This document shows, piece after piece, positions 60,473 through 64,000 of a DNA stretch of 64,000 nucleotides (position 1 is its first letter; every line of letters starts with the position of its first letter). The notes under the pieces are model-generated. The model did not search any database, had not been told where the DNA came from, and saw only the letters and a list, made by a program, of their open reading frames with translations. Origin of the DNA: Thermoleophilia bacterium (GTDB lineage: Bacteria; Actinomycetota; Thermoleophilia; RBG-16-64-13); assembly GCA_050943595.1 (NCBI GenBank), contig JBMNPM010000001.1, positions 877 to 64,876 of the forward strand, read 5' to 3'. The position numbers were made by a program, and so were the translations under genes.

Positions 60473-63061
60473 ATGCCAGAAACGCAACGGTTCACAAATC
60501 TCACCACCGGGGGACCTGTCTACGTCGATGTGGAAGATGGTGAGATAGTACGTATTATCCCGCTGCAGCTGGACGAGAGTGATGGCCCATCATGGACCAT
60601 CGATGCCCGAGGTCGTAAGTTCACGCCCCCCCGCACGACGACGCTGTCGCCCTGGATAGCGGCACACAAGTCCACCATCTACTCCCCCAAGCGTATTCTC
60701 ACCCCGCTCAAACGGGTGGACTTCGACATCAAGGGTGATCGTAACATCCAAAACAGGGGTATTTCCGGCTACGAGCCTATCAGCTGGGATGCTGCTCTGG
60801 ACATGATGGCCGAAGAGATGATCCGGCTAAAAAGAGAGGTCGGTCCGGCAGCCATCATGACCACGCCCTCCTCGCATCAGATGTGGGGCAACATCGGCTA
60901 TCGCTTTAGCGCCTACAACCGTTTTGTCAACCTGTGGGGTATGACCTACGTAGAGCATAACCCCGACAGCTGGGAAGGTTGGCAGTGGGGCGGCGACCAC
61001 ATGTGGGGTTTCGCTAACCGTCTGGGCCTGCCCGGCCAGTACGATCTTCTCGAGGATGCTCTTCAGAACACAGAGATGGTGGTGTTTTGGGCGTCTGATC
61101 CCGAGACCACCGGTGGTAACTACGGGGCCTTCGAGAGTACTCCCCGGCGCTTCTGGTTGAAGGAACTGGGCATCAAGATGGTCTTTATCGACCCGTACTA
61201 CAACCACACCGCCGGTCTCTTCTGTGACAAGTGGCTGGCGCCCCGTATGGGTACCGATGTCGCTCTGGCCCTGGGTATCGCCTTCGTCTGGCTCACCGAA
61301 GGTCTGTATGACAAGGAGTATGTAGAGACCCGCACCCACGGCTTCGATGAATGGAAGGCCTACGTGCTCGGCGAAAGCGACGGAGTCCCCAAGACGCCTG
61401 AGTGGGCGGCTGAGGAGTCGCTCGTACCCGCTCGTGAGATCCGCGCCCTAGCGCGTGAGTGGGGTACCAAAAAGACAATGCTCTCCGCCGGCGGCGTGGG
61501 CGGCTGGGGCGGTGCCTGTCGCGCGGCGCACGGTGCCGAGTACGCTCGGGCCATGATCGGCCTGGCGGCTATGCAGGGTCTGGGCAAACCGGGAAGCAAC
61601 ATCTGGTCAACCAGTGCCGGCGTCCCCGCCGACAAGACGTTCTGGTTCCCGGGTTACTCTGAGGGCGGCATCTCAGGTGATTCGGCCGGCACGGCCTCCG
61701 GCAAGTTCCTGCAAGCTCGGATGTGGCCTGAGGGTGGCTCTATCTCCAACCCTCAGCGCACGGCCGAAGGCCAGGTCGGCTACCGGTTGCGCATCCCGGA
61801 GATGATGAACCACGAGAAGCTGGAATGGTACAGCAGGGGCTTCTGCGGTGGTTCCATCGAGATGCAGTTCAAGAAGTTCAAATTCCCGGCTTCAGGTTAC
61901 CCGTACCCGCAGATGTACTATCGTCTGGGCGGGTCGTTCTTCGGCACCATGACCGAGACCAATCGTTTCGTCCGTGCCTATCGCGAGGGCAAGATCCCCT
62001 TCGTGGTCAACCAGGCCATCTGGTTCGAAGGCGAGACCAAGTTCGCCGACCTTATCCTGCCGTGCTGCACCAACTTCGAACGTTGGGATATCGGCGACTG
62101 GGCGCATCCCTCCGGCTACGGCCTGCACAAGTACGACCAGGTCAATCACCGGCTCATTGTCTTCCAGAAGAAGTGCATTGAGCCTCTGGGTGAGTCAAAA
62201 TCCGAATACGATATCTTTACGCTCCTGGCCGAACGACTCGGCTTCGCCGACATCTACACCGAAGGCGGCCATACCGATCTCGATTGGGTGAAGCGGTACT
62301 TCCACGCCACCGACGTGTCCAAGCGCATCAGCTGGGAAGAGTTCGAGCGCAAGGGCTACTACATGGTGCCTGTGCCTGAAGACCGGCCTCGTACGCCGGC
62401 TCTGCGCTGGTTTGCCGAAGACCGTCGCAAGGACACCCCAGACTGGGGACCGCCGCCGTGGGATCAGATCGGTGGTAAAGGTCTGCAGACCCAGTCGGGC
62501 AAGATCGAGTTCGTGTCCAACAGCCTAAAGCGCTTCTACGCGACCGACGGCGAAGATCCTGAGCGTCCGGTTATGGGTCCGCAGTATATAGAGAGCTGGG
62601 AGGGTCATCACACCACAGAGCTCTTCGAAAAGTACCCGTTGGCCATGGTCTCCCCGCATCCGCGCTTCAGCTTCCATACCCATGGAGACCTGAAGGAATC
62701 GTGGAGCAACGAGATCGAAGACCATCGCGTGCTGGTGGATGGCCACCACTACTGGATCATGCGCCTGCATCCCACGGATGCAGCTGCACGTGGTGTCGCC
62801 GACGGCGATCTCATCCGTGCCTATAACGACCGGGGATCTGTGATCCTAGCCGCCCAGGTGACGGAGCGCATCAGGCCCGGCACGGTCCATTCGTATGAGT
62901 CCTGCGGTGACTACCTGCCCCTGGGTGAGCCGGGCTACTCACCGGATACCGCTGGGTGCATCAACATCCTTACCTCCAAGCGCTTTCTCACGCCTACCTC
63001 ACCGGGACAGGCCCCCAATTCATGCTTGGTCCAGGTCGAGAAATGGGAGGGACAGGCCTAA
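60473..63061 (+). CDS. Pyrogallol-phloroglucinol transhydroxylase-like molybdopterin enzyme, large (alpha) subunit, paralog 3
   Basis: 862 aa; FTNLTTGGPVYVDVEDGEIVRIIP, PSSHQMWG, NPDSWEGWQWGGDHMWGF, SPHPRFSFHT, IRAYNDRGSVILAAQ. RBS GAGGAGGG upstream. Confidence 0.9.
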   Translation: MPETQRFTNLTTGGPVYVDVEDGEIVRIIPLQLDESDGPSWTIDARGRKFTPPRTTTLSPWIAAHKSTIYSPKRILTPLKRVDFDIKGDRNIQNRGISGYEPISWDAALDMMAEEMIRLKREVGPAAIMTTPSSHQMWGNIGYRFSAYNRFVNLWGMTYVEHNPDSWEGWQWGGDHMWGFANRLGLPGQYDLLEDALQNTEMVVFWASDPETTGGNYGAFESTPRRFWLKELGIKMVFIDPYYNHTAGLFCDKWLAPRMGTDVALALGIAFVWLTEGLYDKEYVETRTHGFDEWKAYVLGESDGVPKTPEWAAEESLVPAREIRALAREWGTKKTMLSAGGVGGWGGACRAAHGAEYARAMIGLAAMQGLGKPGSNIWSTSAGVPADKTFWFPGYSEGGISGDSAGTASGKFLQARMWPEGGSISNPQRTAEGQVGYRLRIPEMMNHEKLEWYSRGFCGGSIEMQFKKFKFPASGYPYPQMYYRLGGSFFGTMTETNRFVRAYREGKIPFVVNQAIWFEGETKFADLILPCCTNFERWDIGDWAHPSGYGLHKYDQVNHRLIVFQKKCIEPLGESKSEYDIFTLLAERLGFADIYTEGGHTDLDWVKRYFHATDVSKRISWEEFERKGYYMVPVPEDRPRTPALRWFAEDRRKDTPDWGPPPWDQIGGKGLQTQSGKIEFVSNSLKRFYATDGEDPERPVMGPQYIESWEGHHTTELFEKYPLAMVSPHPRFSFHTHGDLKESWSNEIEDHRVLVDGHHYWIMRLHPTDAAARGVADGDLIRAYNDRGSVILAAQVTERIRPGTVHSYESCGDYLPLGEPGYSPDTAGCINILTSKRFLTPTSPGQAPNSCLVQVEKWEGQA

Positions 63062-63891
63062 TGAAAAAGTGGAACCTGGTCATTGACGTAGCCCGTTGCC
63101 ACGATTGCAACAACTGCTTCATGTCCGACAAGGACGAGTTTGTCGGTAACGATTTCCCACCCTATTCGGCGGCTCAGCCCTGGAACGGCCATCGTTGGAT
63201 GAACATCCTGCGTACCGAGCGTGGCCAGTATCCCATCGTACAGGTGGGTTATCTGCCTATGCCCTGTATGCATTGCGACGAAGCCCCCTGCCTTACCGAT
63301 GACGGCGCCGTCTACAAGCGGGATGACGGCCTGGTCATCATCGATCCCGAGAAGGCCAAGGGCAAGAAGGAGATCCTGGATAGCTGTCCCTACGGTGTCA
63401 TCTACTGGAACGAGGAAGCGGCTCTTCCCCAGAAGTGCACCGGCTGCGCCCACCTTATCGACCAAGGGTGGACGGAGACCCGCTGCTCGCAGGTGTGTCC
63501 CACCCAGGCCATCCAGTTGGTCTTGGCCGAGGATGCGGACATGGCCAAGCAGGTGGCTGAAGGTGAGCTGCGCGCCTACAAAGACGAGCTGGGCACCAAG
63601 CCCCGCGTCTACTACAAGAATCTCTACAAGTTCGACAAGGTGTTCGTCGCCGCCGGCGTCGTTTTCGCCGACACTGATGAGTGTGCCGACGGGGTTCAGG
63701 TGACCGTGAGCGAGAAGGGGACCGTAGTAGGTACCGCTCAGACCAACAACTACGGCGAGTTCGTCGTCGACGGACTCGAGCAGACGACCTATGACGTCAC
63801 CATCCAGGCGGCCGGTTATAAACCCCACTCCGCCGCCGTCACCTTGGACAAGAGTCTCAACATGGGAGTGGTCATGCTGGAGAAAGCCTAG
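63061..63891 (+). CDS. Transhydroxylase-like small (beta) FeS subunit, paralog 3
   Basis: Start ATG 63061 (TAATG overlap with the alpha3 stop) gives MKKWNLVIDVARCHDCNNCFMSD..., colinear with beta2. The ORF-track start 62956 lies inside alpha3. Confidence 0.88.
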   Translation: MKKWNLVIDVARCHDCNNCFMSDKDEFVGNDFPPYSAAQPWNGHRWMNILRTERGQYPIVQVGYLPMPCMHCDEAPCLTDDGAVYKRDDGLVIIDPEKAKGKKEILDSCPYGVIYWNEEAALPQKCTGCAHLIDQGWTETRCSQVCPTQAIQLVLAEDADMAKQVAEGELRAYKDELGTKPRVYYKNLYKFDKVFVAAGVVFADTDECADGVQVTVSEKGTVVGTAQTNNYGEFVVDGLEQTTYDVTIQAAGYKPHSAAVTLDKSLNMGVVMLEKA

Positions 63892-63937
63892 TCGAGTCGT
63901 ACTGAGTCGTACTAGGTCTGTACCAGGTCGATCGTTG

Positions 63938-63966
63938 CGCCCCCGCCGGGTTTCCCGGCGGGGGCG
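63938..63966 (+). terminator. GC-rich hairpin after beta3 (13-bp stem, 3-nt loop), no U-tract
   Basis: CGCCCCCGCCGGG pairs with CCCGGCGGGGGCG, 47 nt after the stop. Confidence 0.45.
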
Positions 63967-64000
63967 GCGGGAAGGAGGTTCGTTCGATCTGGAGAGGGGA

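Noticed and set aside
62956-63060. Upstream start of the beta3 ORF (and 56866-56880 for beta2)
   Set aside because: These extensions lie inside the alpha genes. Both beta proteins align from MKKWNLVIDV with stop/start overlap to alpha, and the homologous beta1 also starts right at this motif.

Overview
GC-rich bacterial chromosome segment whose core gene order looks Actinobacteria-like (my recollection, not verified). The centre (22.1-55.5 kb, all + strand) is one uninterrupted translation/transcription super-cluster. It runs tRNA-Tyr, tRNA-Thr, tRNA-Met, rpmG, tRNA-Trp, secE, nusG, rplKAJL, rpoBC, rpsLG-fusA-tuf, then the S10, spc and alpha operons (with secY, adk, map, infA, rpmJ, rpoA) and truA. 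The left flank (1-22 kb) is accessory anaerobic metabolism. It holds a truncated LivK-like binding protein and a translationally coupled ADP-forming acyl-CoA synthetase + indolepyruvate:ferredoxin oxidoreductase (iorAB) operon. It also holds a rubredoxin-first rubrerythrin and a PsrB/NrfD/PsrA-type molybdopterin oxidoreductase without a Tat signal. Next comes a cluster organised around two IclR regulator genes: two SDRs, a 3-hydroxyacyl-CoA dehydrogenase, a pyrogallol-phloroglucinol-transhydroxylase-like Mo enzyme (alpha+beta), a thiolase and a LarA-like protein. The right flank (55.5-64 kb) has a decayed methylmalonyl-CoA mutase/epimerase fusion relic. It also has two more transhydroxylase-like alpha/beta operons, arranged as a divergent inverted duplication around a 980-bp structured spacer. 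Most interesting findings: (1) three paralogous transhydroxylase-like systems bracket the ribosomal super-cluster and are candidate anaerobic polyphenol catabolism; (2) two of the beta subunits carry a Cys-to-Asp change in the first FeS motif; (3) an alpha-CTD-like helix-hairpin-helix module is fused to the C terminus of RpoC. No CRISPR array, rRNA, transposase or integrase was seen. All family calls rest on reading the translations by eye; no searches were run.
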